64,000 bases of DNA, taken from positions 4,158,977 through 4,222,976 of the forward strand of contig NZ_KB235948.1 in the NCBI RefSeq assembly GCF_000332335.1, in the 5' to 3' direction. The stretch is from Oscillatoria sp. PCC 10802. Lineage in GTDB: Bacteria; Cyanobacteriota; Cyanobacteriia; Cyanobacteriales; Oscillatoriaceae. Within the stretch, counting starts at the first letter, position 1. Every line of letters begins with the position of its first letter. A program made the position numbers and the translations under genes. Below are positions 51,479 to 61,407 of the stretch, piece by piece. Below the pieces are notes generated by a model. That model did no database searches. It had not been told where the DNA came from and saw only the letters and a program-made list of their open reading frames with translations.

Positions 51479-52204
51479 ATGAATTTCCCAACAAAACGGC
51501 GCGCCCCCCTCGCAGGGGCTAGCAGTGGGATTGGCAAAGCCACAGCCTTGGCGTTCGCAAAAGCAGGAATAGATGTTGCTTTAGTCAGTCGATCCCAAGA
51601 AAAATTAGAAGCCGTCGCTCAAGGCGCACGGCTGTGTGGCGTCAAAGCAGGGGTTTATCCCTTGGACTTGGCGAAAGTCTCCTCGGTGCGCGAGGGAATT
51701 GCCGCCATTGCAGCCGAAGAAAACCCCATCGATATCTTAGTGAACAGCGCCGGTATGGGGTACACCGGCACCTTAATGGATACCCCCCTTGCCGACTGGC
51801 AGCGCCTCATAGACTTAAATCTGACCAGCGTCTTTCAGTGTGTCCAAGGCGTCTTGCCCGCCATGCGATCCCGCCGAAGCGGACTGATAGTCAACGTCGC
51901 CTCCATTGCCGGCAAACAAACCTTTCCCAACTGGGGTGCCTGCGCCGTCAGCAAATTTGGCGTCATGGCGCTTTCCAAAACCCTGGCAGAAGAAGAGCGC
52001 CCCCACGGAATTCGCGTCACAGCTATCTGTCCCGGCGCTGTCAATACCCCCCTCTGGGATGCGGAAACAGTGGGAGCGGACTTTAACCGCTCTAGCATGC
52101 TAACCCCAGAAGTTGTCGCCCAGTCCATCTTGCATATCGCACTGCTCCCAGAAACAGCAGCGCTGGAAGAATTGACCCTAATGCCCAGTGCCGGCACCCT
52201 CTAA
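51479..52204 (+). CDS. SDR family oxidoreductase
   Basis: GASSGIGKATA, YxxxK. Confidence 0.85.
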   Translation: MNFPTKRRAPLAGASSGIGKATALAFAKAGIDVALVSRSQEKLEAVAQGARLCGVKAGVYPLDLAKVSSVREGIAAIAAEENPIDILVNSAGMGYTGTLMDTPLADWQRLIDLNLTSVFQCVQGVLPAMRSRRSGLIVNVASIAGKQTFPNWGACAVSKFGVMALSKTLAEEERPHGIRVTAICPGAVNTPLWDAETVGADFNRSSMLTPEVVAQSILHIALLPETAALEELTLMPSAGTL

Positions 52205-52337
52205 AAGCATTCAGCATTCAGCAACCGAATCTGAAATTTTTTCAGGCAATCGCCTTTTTCAAAATCCGGAACCGGCTGACAGCTGAAATTGACGCGCTCG
52301 CCCTGTCAACTCCTCATACAGTTAACCCAAACTTATC

Positions 52338-53072
52338 ATGACTGTTACCTATTCCAACGGTTTTAATGGCTCCAGCTCATCCGTAGATAATAGTGCCAAA
52401 ATGTCTCAAACTCCAGAAATTATCCCCAGCTTAGAAACGCGACCCGACCGCAATACCTTGGACGGTCAGCGCCAACCCCACCTGCACTCCCCTAGCGAAG
52501 AAGATAACCAGCAGCTGATGGAATCTGTGCGGACGATGCTGCTGAGCCTCGGAGAAGATCCAGAGCGGGAAGGACTCCTGAAAACCCCCAAGCGGGTGGC
52601 AGAAGCGATGCGATTTCTCACCAGCGGCTACTCCCAGTCCCTAGAAAAACTGGTCAACGGAGCCATCTTTGATGAAGGTCACAACGAAATGGTTCTCGTC
52701 CGGGACATCGACTTCTTCAGCCTCTGCGAGCACCACATGCTGCCGTTTATGGGCAAAGCTCACGTCGCCTACATCCCCAACCAAAAAGTAGTCGGACTGA
52801 GTAAATTAGCCCGGATTGTCGAGATGTACGCCCGCCGGCTGCAGGTGCAAGAACGCCTGACTCGCCAAGTCGCCGAAGCCATTCAAACCATCTTGGAACC
52901 CAAGGGAGTCGCCGTTGTCATGGAAGCCACCCACATGTGCATGGCCATGCGGGGCGTGCAAAAACCCGGTTCTTGGACAGTCACCAGTGCCATGCTCGGC
53001 ATCTTCGACGAAGACCACAAAACCCGCGAAGAATTCCTCAACCTGATTCGCCACCGCCCCGCCTTTTTTTAA
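52338..53072 (+). CDS. folE: GTP cyclohydrolase I
   Basis: CEHHMLPF...canonical FolE. N-terminal ~50 aa extension. Confidence 0.95.
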   Translation: MTVTYSNGFNGSSSSVDNSAKMSQTPEIIPSLETRPDRNTLDGQRQPHLHSPSEEDNQQLMESVRTMLLSLGEDPEREGLLKTPKRVAEAMRFLTSGYSQSLEKLVNGAIFDEGHNEMVLVRDIDFFSLCEHHMLPFMGKAHVAYIPNQKVVGLSKLARIVEMYARRLQVQERLTRQVAEAIQTILEPKGVAVVMEATHMCMAMRGVQKPGSWTVTSAMLGIFDEDHKTREEFLNLIRHRPAFF

Positions 53073-53125
53073 AGAAGAGGGGTGCCCTAATACAGGGTGT
53101 TTTGTAAACACAAAGTGAGGGCTGC

Positions 53126-53165
53126 CAGAAACCCGGTTTCTTCAAGAAACCGGGTTTCTCCCCCT
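53126..53165. repeat. MITE family A core copy, 54 bp after folE stop
   Basis: CCAGAAACCCGGTTTCTTCAAGAAACCGGGTTTCTCC. Confidence 0.85.
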
Positions 53166-53196
53166 ATTCTCCCCGGTTTCTCAACCCCGCACCGGC

Positions 53197-55788
53197 TCAA
53201 AACCCAAACAATCTGCCATCCTTATTGCCGGTGCGCGCTACCGAACAGCCGGGCGCGATGTCCCACGCCCCGCGAGAATTGCCGGTCAAATCGCAGTTTT
53301 CCACCGTTCCAGAACCGTTGGAGTCAGCGCACAACCCGTAAGTATTCCCATAAATCTTGCACCGGCGAATCGCAGGATTGCTGCCCTTGGCAATCCTCAC
53401 CCCTGCAGAAGCGTGACCAAAAATATGGCAGCCCTCTAATGTCCCCTGAGCGCTCTCCGTCAGGGACACACCGTTATTCGGCCCGTCATGAATTTGGCAG
53501 CGCTCAATCGCCGGATTGCTGCCCCGCTCAACCCTCACCTGAGCGCCGGCATTGCCAAAAATATCGCAGCCAGCAACTGTCCCCCTAGCGTTTTGGGCAA
53601 TCCAAATACCATTCTGTTTGCCGTCGCGAATTTTGCAGCCCCGGATAACCGGATTGCTTTTGTTAGTAATTCCCACCCCCGGATAGGCGTTGCCAAAAAT
53701 ATCGCAATCCTCTACAGTCCCCTCAGCGCTCTCAGTAATCCAGACACCGTTCTGCTGTCCGTCCCGAATTTCGCAGCCCCGGATAACCGGATTGCTTCCC
53801 CCCACAATTCCCACCCCTGAATGGGCGTTGCCAAAAATATCGCAGCCGAAAACTGTCCCCAAACCGCCCGCAGCAACCCACACGCCAGATGCTCTCCCGT
53901 TGCGAATTGTGCAGCGCCGGATTGTGGGATTGCTATTCTTCGTAATTTCCACCCCCGGAGCGTCGTTGCCAAAAATATCGCAGTCCTCCACAGTTCCCTG
54001 ACTGTTGTGGCAGAAATAGACACCAACATTTTTCCCGCCGTGAATTTGGCAGCGCTGGATCAGGGGATTGCTGCCCAGAGTCACTCCCACCCCCGGCATT
54101 GCGTTGCCAAAGATATCGCAGTCCTCTACAATCCCCTGACTGCGCTCGGAAATCCAAATCCCATTATGCTGCCCGTCGTGAATTTTGCACCGGCGGATAA
54201 CCGGGTTGCTGCCCGAGACAATTGCCACTCCCGCACCGGCATTCCCCCTAATATCGCACTCCTCTAATATCCCCTGACCGTTTTCGCTAACACACACACC
54301 GGCGTCTTTCCCGTCGCGAAATTTGCAGCCCCGGATCAAAGGATTGCTGCCTTGCTTGATTCCGGCACCGGCACCGGCATTGCCAAAGATATCGCAATCT
54401 TCTACAGTCCCCTGACTGTTGCCCTCAAACAAAATACCACAATTCCTGCTATCGTGAACAGCGCACCGGCGGATAGCGGGGTTGGCTCGTTCCGTGCCAA
54501 CCGCTATTCCAGGGCCGGTTTCCGAGGCAATATCACAGTCCTCAAGTATCAGGCATCCCTGAGTCACCCACACCGCACTGTCGCAGGACCGCCCAGATGC
54601 CGGTGGGAGACTGCCGTCGCCCCCCTCTGGCACAAGCCCCCGCCGGCGCACAGTCAAACCCCGCACTGTGGCGCAATCCGCCCGCATGACAATCCCCGGC
54701 GAGTCCCCACTCTCGATCGCGATCTCCCCCACCGGCCCATCCCCGAGAATCCCCACTGGCTTGTCAATGGCAATGCTTTCGCGGTATAATCCAGGACGCA
54801 CCAAGATGCTCGCTCCCGCCCGGGCGTTTTTGAGCGCTTCGCCAATCGTTCTAAAGTCAGCCGGCCCCCATTGGGCCACCACCAAACTCTGTGCCGCTGG
54901 CGGATTTAAAGCAGCCAGCACCCGATCTGCTGACTGATAGCGATCCCTCACCAACTCGTGCAGCAGGTTGTCCAAAATTTGCCCCAGCTCGTCGCTCACT
55001 GCAGCGCCCGGTGGCAGGCGTTCGCGCCAGAACCAGCGATTTTCCACAGGATTGTGCAGTCGAGAGGGGTGAGTGCCTGTCAGCAGGTGCAGGCAAGTCG
55101 CGCCCAAGGCGTACAGGTCACTCGCTGGGTACGCTTTGCCAAATTGCAGCTGTTCCGTCGGGGCGTACCCTTTTGTGCCGGTGCGAGTCCCCGCTTGAGC
55201 CGGCTTTGTTCCTGACAGCTGTTTGGAAACCCCAAAATCAATCAGCACCAATTTGCTGTCGGACTGGCGGCGAATAATATTATCTGGCTTGATGTCTCGG
55301 TGAATGACGCCCCGATCGTGGATAAATTTAACCACCGGCAGGATATCCGCCAAAAGCTCCCGGATCTGATTTTCGCTGTAAGGCCCTTTTAAGTTCCTTT
55401 CTGCCAGCAAATTCTGCCCGTCGATGAATTCTTGCACCAGATACAGCTGCCGGTCTTGCTCAAAGTAGGCGATCAGGTCGGGAATCTGCGGGTGCGCCCC
55501 CAGTTCGTACAGCCGCCGCGCCTCTTCGTTAAACAGGCGAATGTATTCCTGCAAGTGGGCGGGATTTTGCTGCACGTGCGGCGGCGGCGACAGTTGCTTG
55601 ATCACGCAGGGTTCGTCAAATTTGCCGTGATTGACCGCCCGAAAGGTTCGCCCCATACCCCCCTGACCGAGTGGCGAAATCGCCCGGTACAGGTCTTTGA
55701 GCAGCAATTTTGCGCCGCACTGCTGGCAAAATTTATTGCCGGCAGGGTTTTGTGGGTTCTGGCACTGGGGGTTGAGGCAATAGCTCAT
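53197..55788 (-). CDS. Ser/Thr protein kinase with N-terminal zinc-ribbon and C-terminal array of ~16 right-handed beta-helix (PbH1/NosD-like) repeats
   Basis: CLNPQCQNP..CQQCG, Hanks kinase (VIHRDIKPDNI, DFG), then 22-aa repeats GxxVxxxSNPxIRxCxIxDGxxNGxW. Confidence 0.85.
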   Translation of the reverse strand: MSYCLNPQCQNPQNPAGNKFCQQCGAKLLLKDLYRAISPLGQGGMGRTFRAVNHGKFDEPCVIKQLSPPPHVQQNPAHLQEYIRLFNEEARRLYELGAHPQIPDLIAYFEQDRQLYLVQEFIDGQNLLAERNLKGPYSENQIRELLADILPVVKFIHDRGVIHRDIKPDNIIRRQSDSKLVLIDFGVSKQLSGTKPAQAGTRTGTKGYAPTEQLQFGKAYPASDLYALGATCLHLLTGTHPSRLHNPVENRWFWRERLPPGAAVSDELGQILDNLLHELVRDRYQSADRVLAALNPPAAQSLVVAQWGPADFRTIGEALKNARAGASILVRPGLYRESIAIDKPVGILGDGPVGEIAIESGDSPGIVMRADCATVRGLTVRRRGLVPEGGDGSLPPASGRSCDSAVWVTQGCLILEDCDIASETGPGIAVGTERANPAIRRCAVHDSRNCGILFEGNSQGTVEDCDIFGNAGAGAGIKQGSNPLIRGCKFRDGKDAGVCVSENGQGILEECDIRGNAGAGVAIVSGSNPVIRRCKIHDGQHNGIWISERSQGIVEDCDIFGNAMPGVGVTLGSNPLIQRCQIHGGKNVGVYFCHNSQGTVEDCDIFGNDAPGVEITKNSNPTIRRCTIRNGRASGVWVAAGGLGTVFGCDIFGNAHSGVGIVGGSNPVIRGCEIRDGQQNGVWITESAEGTVEDCDIFGNAYPGVGITNKSNPVIRGCKIRDGKQNGIWIAQNARGTVAGCDIFGNAGAQVRVERGSNPAIERCQIHDGPNNGVSLTESAQGTLEGCHIFGHASAGVRIAKGSNPAIRRCKIYGNTYGLCADSNGSGTVENCDLTGNSRGAWDIAPGCSVARTGNKDGRLFGF

Positions 55789-56137
55789 ATTCGCAATCCA
55801 TCAGCCAATGGATTCTATGATAGCGGCGGCAGGAGAGGGTCACGGTTGGGGGGAGCGCCAGTGATAGTTTTTATTAATATTTGAACCGCCAAGACGCCAA
55901 GGACGCCAAGGAAGAGAGGGGGAGAGTGTGAGGTTGGGGGAATTTACTGGGGATTGGGGGAGCGGGCCCACAGGCCGGTGCTGCCGGGACAGCAGTGCGT
56001 CAGGGATGTGCTGCCGGCGCGAGAGGGCCAGGGGGGTGCCGACCTGTGGGCCAGCCGGCAACCGATTCGGTGAAGTTTTACAATTAGTTCCAGGGAAAGG
56101 CTTATTTTCTGTTTGAAACTTTCTGGGGCCCGATTCT

Positions 56138-56797
56138 ATGACATCGTATGCAACCTCCACTGCTAAAGCCGAAATAAATGAACTCCGGCGCTTGAAAGGC
56201 TTGCTGCCGCCGGAATTGCAGAGCTGGGTCATGGTGGAGAAGACCGCTGAGGTCAACCCCCCCCTGATCCGCTGCGAAGAGATTGGCAAGGATCAGGTGG
56301 AGATCCAAATTGACCTGGTGAAGTGGGAGCAGCTGGCGCTCGACCAGAGAAATCTGCTGTTTTGGCATGAAGTGGCCAGAATTCAAAACGACACCATCCC
56401 TAAAGAAGGGTGGGAAATGGCGGCGCTGGCGATTGGTCTGGGCGGCGCTGTGGGCGAACTCTGGGTGCAGGATGGGTTGCTGCTGCTGCTCGCCCTGGCG
56501 CTGTGCGGGGTGGCGGGGTACCGAATGTATCAGAAAAATAATGGCGACAAGCAACTCCAAGAAGCGATGGATGCTGACGAAAAAGCCATTGCCCTGGCCA
56601 CTCGGTTTGGCTATTCTCTCCCCAATGCCTACAAGAGTCTGGGCAGCGCCTTGAAAACTTTGGTCGAGCTCACCCCCAAGAAGGGGCTGCGGGCTAAGTA
56701 CGAAGCCCGGTTGCAAGCTCTCAAGCGCAGCGCTAACAAGGCTAAAGCCAAAGCTAAATCCCCCCGCGACACCAACCAATCTGAAAGCGTTTATTGA
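56138..56797 (+). CDS. conserved hypothetical protein with one TM segment (tentatively DUF3318-like)
   Basis: Clean ORF. The DUF assignment is from memory only. Confidence 0.5.
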   Translation: MTSYATSTAKAEINELRRLKGLLPPELQSWVMVEKTAEVNPPLIRCEEIGKDQVEIQIDLVKWEQLALDQRNLLFWHEVARIQNDTIPKEGWEMAALAIGLGGAVGELWVQDGLLLLLALALCGVAGYRMYQKNNGDKQLQEAMDADEKAIALATRFGYSLPNAYKSLGSALKTLVELTPKKGLRAKYEARLQALKRSANKAKAKAKSPRDTNQSESVY

Positions 56798-56905
56798 CTG
56801 TTGGGCATTGGGCATCACGCAAAAGGGCAGGGGAGCTTGCGAGCAGGGGAAATCGGGAGCGGGGGAGCGCTATGCCCCATGCCCCATGCCCCATGCGCTA
56901 TGCCA

Positions 56906-57700
56906 TTACAGCTGGCCCAGGATTTTGTGCGTCTGCGGCACCACTCGCACTTGTTTGAGCTGGCGCTTGACCAGCGCTTGCCATTCCAGCACTTGCTCAG
57001 GTGCCGGTGCCAGCATCACCGGCACCTGTCCCGCCTCTCCCTCTGACGGCGCATTGGGTGTCACCGGCTGCAAAAACACCGGCACCTCCGGACTCACCGC
57101 CGCCACCATCTCCGCCGCCTGCTCTAACTCCTCTGGGTTCGTCTGGCTGGAAATAATTATCTTGACAAAAACTTCCTTTTGTGCTATTATGCACATCTTC
57201 AGAAATTCCGCGTGTGCCGGCCAGTGGCTTTCCCCGCTGACACTGGGCAGCTTGATGTCCATGCCTGCGGAGTCCAGATAGGGCAGAATCGCTGCCAGCT
57301 GCTGGGGGCGGTGGCCACCCGTTTCCAGGTAGACCGGCAAGCCGGTTCTGGCGCGAAGCTGGGGCAGAAATTCCGCCAAGAAGGGGGCGTGCAGCAGGGG
57401 TTCGCCGCCGGTCAGGCTAATGCTGTCGTGCAGCCCCGGTTGATTTTGCCGGTCTGTCCATTCCAGCAAGCTGTCAAGCGGCACGGGATTGGGGTGGGTT
57501 TGAAAGTCCCGCAGTCCGGGGGTTTGCTCGATGCTGCAAGTGGCCGGTGCCTGCCAGGTGTGAGCGCTGTCGCAAAAGTGGCAGCGCAGATCGCAGAGGG
57601 CAAAGCGGATGAAAATCTGGCGAGTGCCGACATTGAGCCCTTCGCCTTGAATGGCGGAGAACACTTCGATCAGCCTCGCAGTCGGGGTTTGATAAATCAT
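56906..57700 (-). CDS. queE: 7-carboxy-7-deazaguanine synthase (radical SAM)
   Basis: ATG at 57700. CDLRCHFCDS cluster motif, QueE-like length. Confidence 0.8.
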   Translation of the reverse strand: MIYQTPTARLIEVFSAIQGEGLNVGTRQIFIRFALCDLRCHFCDSAHTWQAPATCSIEQTPGLRDFQTHPNPVPLDSLLEWTDRQNQPGLHDSISLTGGEPLLHAPFLAEFLPQLRARTGLPVYLETGGHRPQQLAAILPYLDSAGMDIKLPSVSGESHWPAHAEFLKMCIIAQKEVFVKIIISSQTNPEELEQAAEMVAAVSPEVPVFLQPVTPNAPSEGEAGQVPVMLAPAPEQVLEWQALVKRQLKQVRVVPQTHKILGQL

Positions 57701-57976
57701 AAAACAAACAAATAATGTCTTAGCATCCGACACCAAAAGCATTACATGGCTAAAGCCCAGCAAATATTATTATGTAATTTACGGTTGAATTGATTGTGTG
57801 TATAAACCGGTGTGGGCTTCGGGGTGCCGGCTCGGGAGACGTAGGACAGGCGTCCCGCCTGTCCTGCGGGGGGGTCAGGATGTGGGCGTTGCAGTAAAAA
57901 AAGATAATGTCACCAAAACCCCCATCTCTTTCTCCCCCTCCCCGCTTTTCGGAGAGGGGGTGAGGGGGTGAGGTTG

Positions 57977-58864
57977 TTAAATCTCAGCCACAGCGCGTTC
58001 AATCAAGCGGCGCGCCAGAGTTTGGATGCCGGTGTGTTCGTAATAGTTGGTGGTCATGTCGAGGAAAGCGCCGAGATAGTCCAACTTATCGTCGGCAATA
58101 TCCACAAACCGCGACAGGTTGCTGACCACACTTTTTGGGGTTAAGTTGTGATCGGCGACGAAATTGTTCATCCAGCCAGAAACTGAGGAGACGCTTTCGC
58201 CAATAAAGCCCAACTTTCCGGCGGAACTTCCGCCTGGAATCTGATCGCTGATCTGCTTGAACGCCGGATTTTCCTCCAAGTCCGAGGGAGTCATTCCCCC
58301 GATTTGCTGGAGCGCCATCTGCACGAAGTTCGCACCGAGGGGAATCAAACCGTCGAAGCAAACCAGCGCCGCCATCCGGATCAGTGACTCGCCGCTGTAT
58401 TGAGCCAAAGATCCGAGAAAATCGCCAATGCTGTCTCCGGGAATGCCGTTGATTTGGCAGAAAGCCAGCAACTCGGTGATAACTTTCAAGGAAAAATCAA
58501 TGGTTTGAGCTTTCTCGGGTTTGGGAGTGATATTGCCCAAGAAGGACAAAAAGGAAACGTTCTCGCTCACTTTTTTGGCGAGGGCGGCTGTGCCCAGGGC
58601 GCTAGCGGTACTGTCAATGGTTTGGTAGAGCCACAGAGCTCGCTGGTATCCCTGGGATTTGTCGTTAAACAGGATAACAGCGCGGTCGCCGATTTGCTGG
58701 ATAAGGTCTTCGTCTTCTTCGCCGGTGACGGCGCGAATGGTGTTGACGAAGCCCACGGTATTTTGCCACTCACCGGGGAGAACAAAATCCAGCGCTCGCA
58801 GCGACTTTACGGTCATGTTGTTGGTGGGCAGCTGATCGACTAATTCAAAAATTGGCTTGCTCAT
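57977..58864 (-). CDS. hypothetical protein (295 aa, no recognised domain)
   Basis: Coding-like ORF, co-oriented with and 52 bp downstream of the lipoprotein gene. Confidence 0.5.
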   Translation of the reverse strand: MSKPIFELVDQLPTNNMTVKSLRALDFVLPGEWQNTVGFVNTIRAVTGEEDEDLIQQIGDRAVILFNDKSQGYQRALWLYQTIDSTASALGTAALAKKVSENVSFLSFLGNITPKPEKAQTIDFSLKVITELLAFCQINGIPGDSIGDFLGSLAQYSGESLIRMAALVCFDGLIPLGANFVQMALQQIGGMTPSDLEENPAFKQISDQIPGGSSAGKLGFIGESVSSVSGWMNNFVADHNLTPKSVVSNLSRFVDIADDKLDYLGAFLDMTTNYYEHTGIQTLARRLIERAVAEI

Positions 58865-58915
58865 CAGAATTGGCTTGTGTTATCTGGGTTGTCTCTTGTC
58901 TGTGCTGATTTGAGC

Positions 58916-59404
58916 TTACTTGAGGCTGGCAATACCGCTGAGGTTAAATTTTTGCAGCCACGCTTCCCGGTCGCTCGGGCTAAAGGAGGGATCGAGGGAG
59001 CGGACTTTGACTTGGAATCGGTCGGCCACGAGAATGCTGGTCATGGTACTGCCTTGGGTGGCTGCGGGATAGCCGGCAATTCTCTGGGTGCTTTGCTTGA
59101 ATTTCGCCCGCGTATCGGGGGTGTTGACGGTATCCGTGATGGACAGTTCGGCTACGTCCTTACCCCCTTTCTTCAATTTGGCTATGGCGGCTCCCTTTTT
59201 TTCCTGGGTGTAGACCCGCTCGTAGCCACCGCCTCCTGCGGGAAAGTATTTATTGAATGAACCGCCCGATGCAGACTCTCTGACGACCGCCGGACCTTTT
59301 GGCGGTGGATCAAAGCGGGATTGCTGCCCACCACAGGCGGTGACCAGCAGCAACACGGACAGTAGCACCGGCGCTAAAATTTTACGCCAACCGAAAATTC
59401 TCAT
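58916..59404 (-). CDS. putative lipoprotein (signal peptide + LVTAC lipobox), hypothetical
   Basis: MRIFGWRKILAPVLLSVLLLVTACGG. Confidence 0.55.
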   Translation of the reverse strand: MRIFGWRKILAPVLLSVLLLVTACGGQQSRFDPPPKGPAVVRESASGGSFNKYFPAGGGGYERVYTQEKKGAAIAKLKKGGKDVAELSITDTVNTPDTRAKFKQSTQRIAGYPAATQGSTMTSILVADRFQVKVRSLDPSFSPSDREAWLQKFNLSGIASLK

Positions 59405-59714
59405 TGCTGTCTCCTTAGATGTACTTAATTCGGTGTTTCTGGGTTTCCAGTAACGCTGTCGAAGCCTGCTGGGAGCGGTGACGCTCCCAACCCCGCTTTC
59501 CCGCAGGGGCTTCTAACCGACTATGTTAGTGCGGGCTGTTCCCAGTTGGGAACCCCCGATTCCCAGTCCTCTATCTAAGACCTGATTTATAAAGTAATTG
59601 TTAAGCCTGAATGGCGCTAGAAACCTGGTTTCTTCTCTGGGAGGTCGGAGGGAACGCCAGCCCCGGCGGTTTTTCCCGCTTCCCCAGCACAAGCCAGCCG
59701 GTTTCTTGTGCCTT

Positions 59715-59830
59715 CAGTTTTTCGTTATATAGCGGTTCTCCGTTGGATGAACTATGGCCCAGAAACCCGGTTTCTTTAAGAAACCGGGTTTCTCAGTACC
59801 TCACTAATATGAGAAAGGCTATAAATCAGC
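59715..59830. repeat. MITE family A, full-length reference copy (~100 bp with 13-bp imperfect TIRs TATAGCGGTTCTC / GAGAAAGGCTATA)
   Basis: CGTTATATAGCGGTTCTCCGTTGGATGAACTATGGCCCAG + core + TACCTCACTAATATGAGAAAGGCTATAAATCAG. Confidence 0.9.
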
Positions 59831-59899
59831 TCTCATATCTGAATTAGGCAGCTTTGACCCCCGTCAGGGCTGCTGCTGCGCCGGCGCGTCCCGGACGCC

Positions 59900-60480
59900 G
59901 ATATGTTATTGCCGCTGGAAAATCAAGTCTTTGACCGAAATACCCCCCAGACTGTTACAAAACTCAACAGAATCCGCGAGTGGCGAACGTGCCTGAGATC
60001 CCTGATGCCAGACTTGGCTCGAAGGGATACTTTATTCTCTTTGCTCGCTGCCAGACTGTTCTTTGGCAATCTCACCTCTGGTCAGGACAACTTTCAAACA
60101 GTGGGTTCTCTTTCTCTATCCACCGGCAGAGTGATTTTGCCATCTTTTAGGGTAACAGATCGGGCCTGCCAGAACATTGGATAGAATTGCTTCGCGCGCC
60201 ACGGGGATTTCATCGCTCGCCCCTGCTTGGGGTTCTTTTTGGTGCTGCCGGTGTTGCCAGTGAGAGCTTGACAGACCCTCTGAACCGGTTGAAAGTGGGG
60301 AGCCAACTTCCCTTTAGTTGCGCTTTGCCATTCTGTCCGCTTAGGCCATTAGGTTCTTGGCCTTCTTGATTCTGGGTTAATATCTTGACACAGGTGAGCT
60401 GCCCGAAACTGTTCTTCTTGAGCGGCTTTCAGTCGCTCAAACCATTGGGGTTCTCGATAGCCAAGCCGGTATATGGTTTT
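59900..60480 (-). pseudogene. possible degraded transposase/mobile-element remnant
   Basis: Minus-strand translation from ~60480 begins MPKTIYRLGYREPQWFERLKAAQEEQFRAAHL, then the frame is lost. A second fragment at 60094..60306. Weak. Confidence 0.2.
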
Positions 60481-60951
60481 TGGCATTATACCACAAGATA
60501 GCGCATAATTTCCCCCCACTCATCAACAAGAATTGTTAAGAATGTGTTCGTAAATAAACTTAACAGCCGCGCTCATCGCAGGCCGATGGGGAAGGCTAAA
60601 ACGGGGCCGGTATTCCCGCGCCCTCTTTTAAAGCGATTTTCAGAAGGGGCGGTGGCCATCGCCGAAGTCGTCTTGCCGTGTTCGCAGCTCCCACACCGGC
60701 GGCGGGTTGCCGGCGGTGCTGCTGCCGGTGGGGCTTGCGCCGCGCTGCCGGCCCCTCCAGGAAGCCCAAGAGCTTGTGCTGTATCGGGCAAATAGACCCG
60801 CCTTTTCGCCGGCTGCCGCAAAAGTGGCCCGCACGCACCCAGATTGGGAATTCCAGCCACCCCCCGAGGCCGGCGCTTTGGGGGCAGAAACATCTCCGAC
60901 ACCCCACGGTCAGTGAATTCCAGTTCTGGGATTGCAACCCCAAGCAACCCC

Positions 60952-61407
60952 TCAGTCGGCGCTCAGCGGTGGGACTTCTATCACTGCTTCGCCGGTGGCG
61001 ATGTCCAGCAAGTGTTCCAGGGTGACTGGCTGCATCGTCTGGGGGTGGACTGGATCGAGAACGTCCATCAGCAGCAGCAGTTGGTCGATAGCGAGGCGGG
61101 TGATCTTTCCTCCTTCTATGCGATTGATCTGCGGGCCCGATATTCCTGGCACCAGTTCGGGGTCGATGTTCAATTCTTTGGCGCGGCGCAAGAGCAACTG
61201 GGACTCTTGCGCACCAATGTATGCCCCCAGCTCGTGGACTGAACTCCAGCCGCGATAGTGTCTGAGCCAGCGCAGATACCGGCCCAGCTGCATTAGCCCT
61301 ATCTGGGTTAACCGGCGGTTCTTTTTCAGTGCGTTTTGGGGCATGGGGGCGCTATCAGTCTGCGGAGTTACACCCTCAAAATAGCACGTCTTTTTTAAAT
61401 CCCACAT
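60952..61407 (-). CDS. XRE-family helix-turn-helix protein (hypothetical)
   Basis: ...GPQINRIEGGKITRLAIDQLLLLMDVL resembles the XRE HTH recognition helix. Probable start at internal Met (61344). Confidence 0.45.
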   Translation of the reverse strand: MWDLKKTCYFEGVTPQTDSAPMPQNALKKNRRLTQIGLMQLGRYLRWLRHYRGWSSVHELGAYIGAQESQLLLRRAKELNIDPELVPGISGPQINRIEGGKITRLAIDQLLLLMDVLDPVHPQTMQPVTLEHLLDIATGEAVIEVPPLSAD

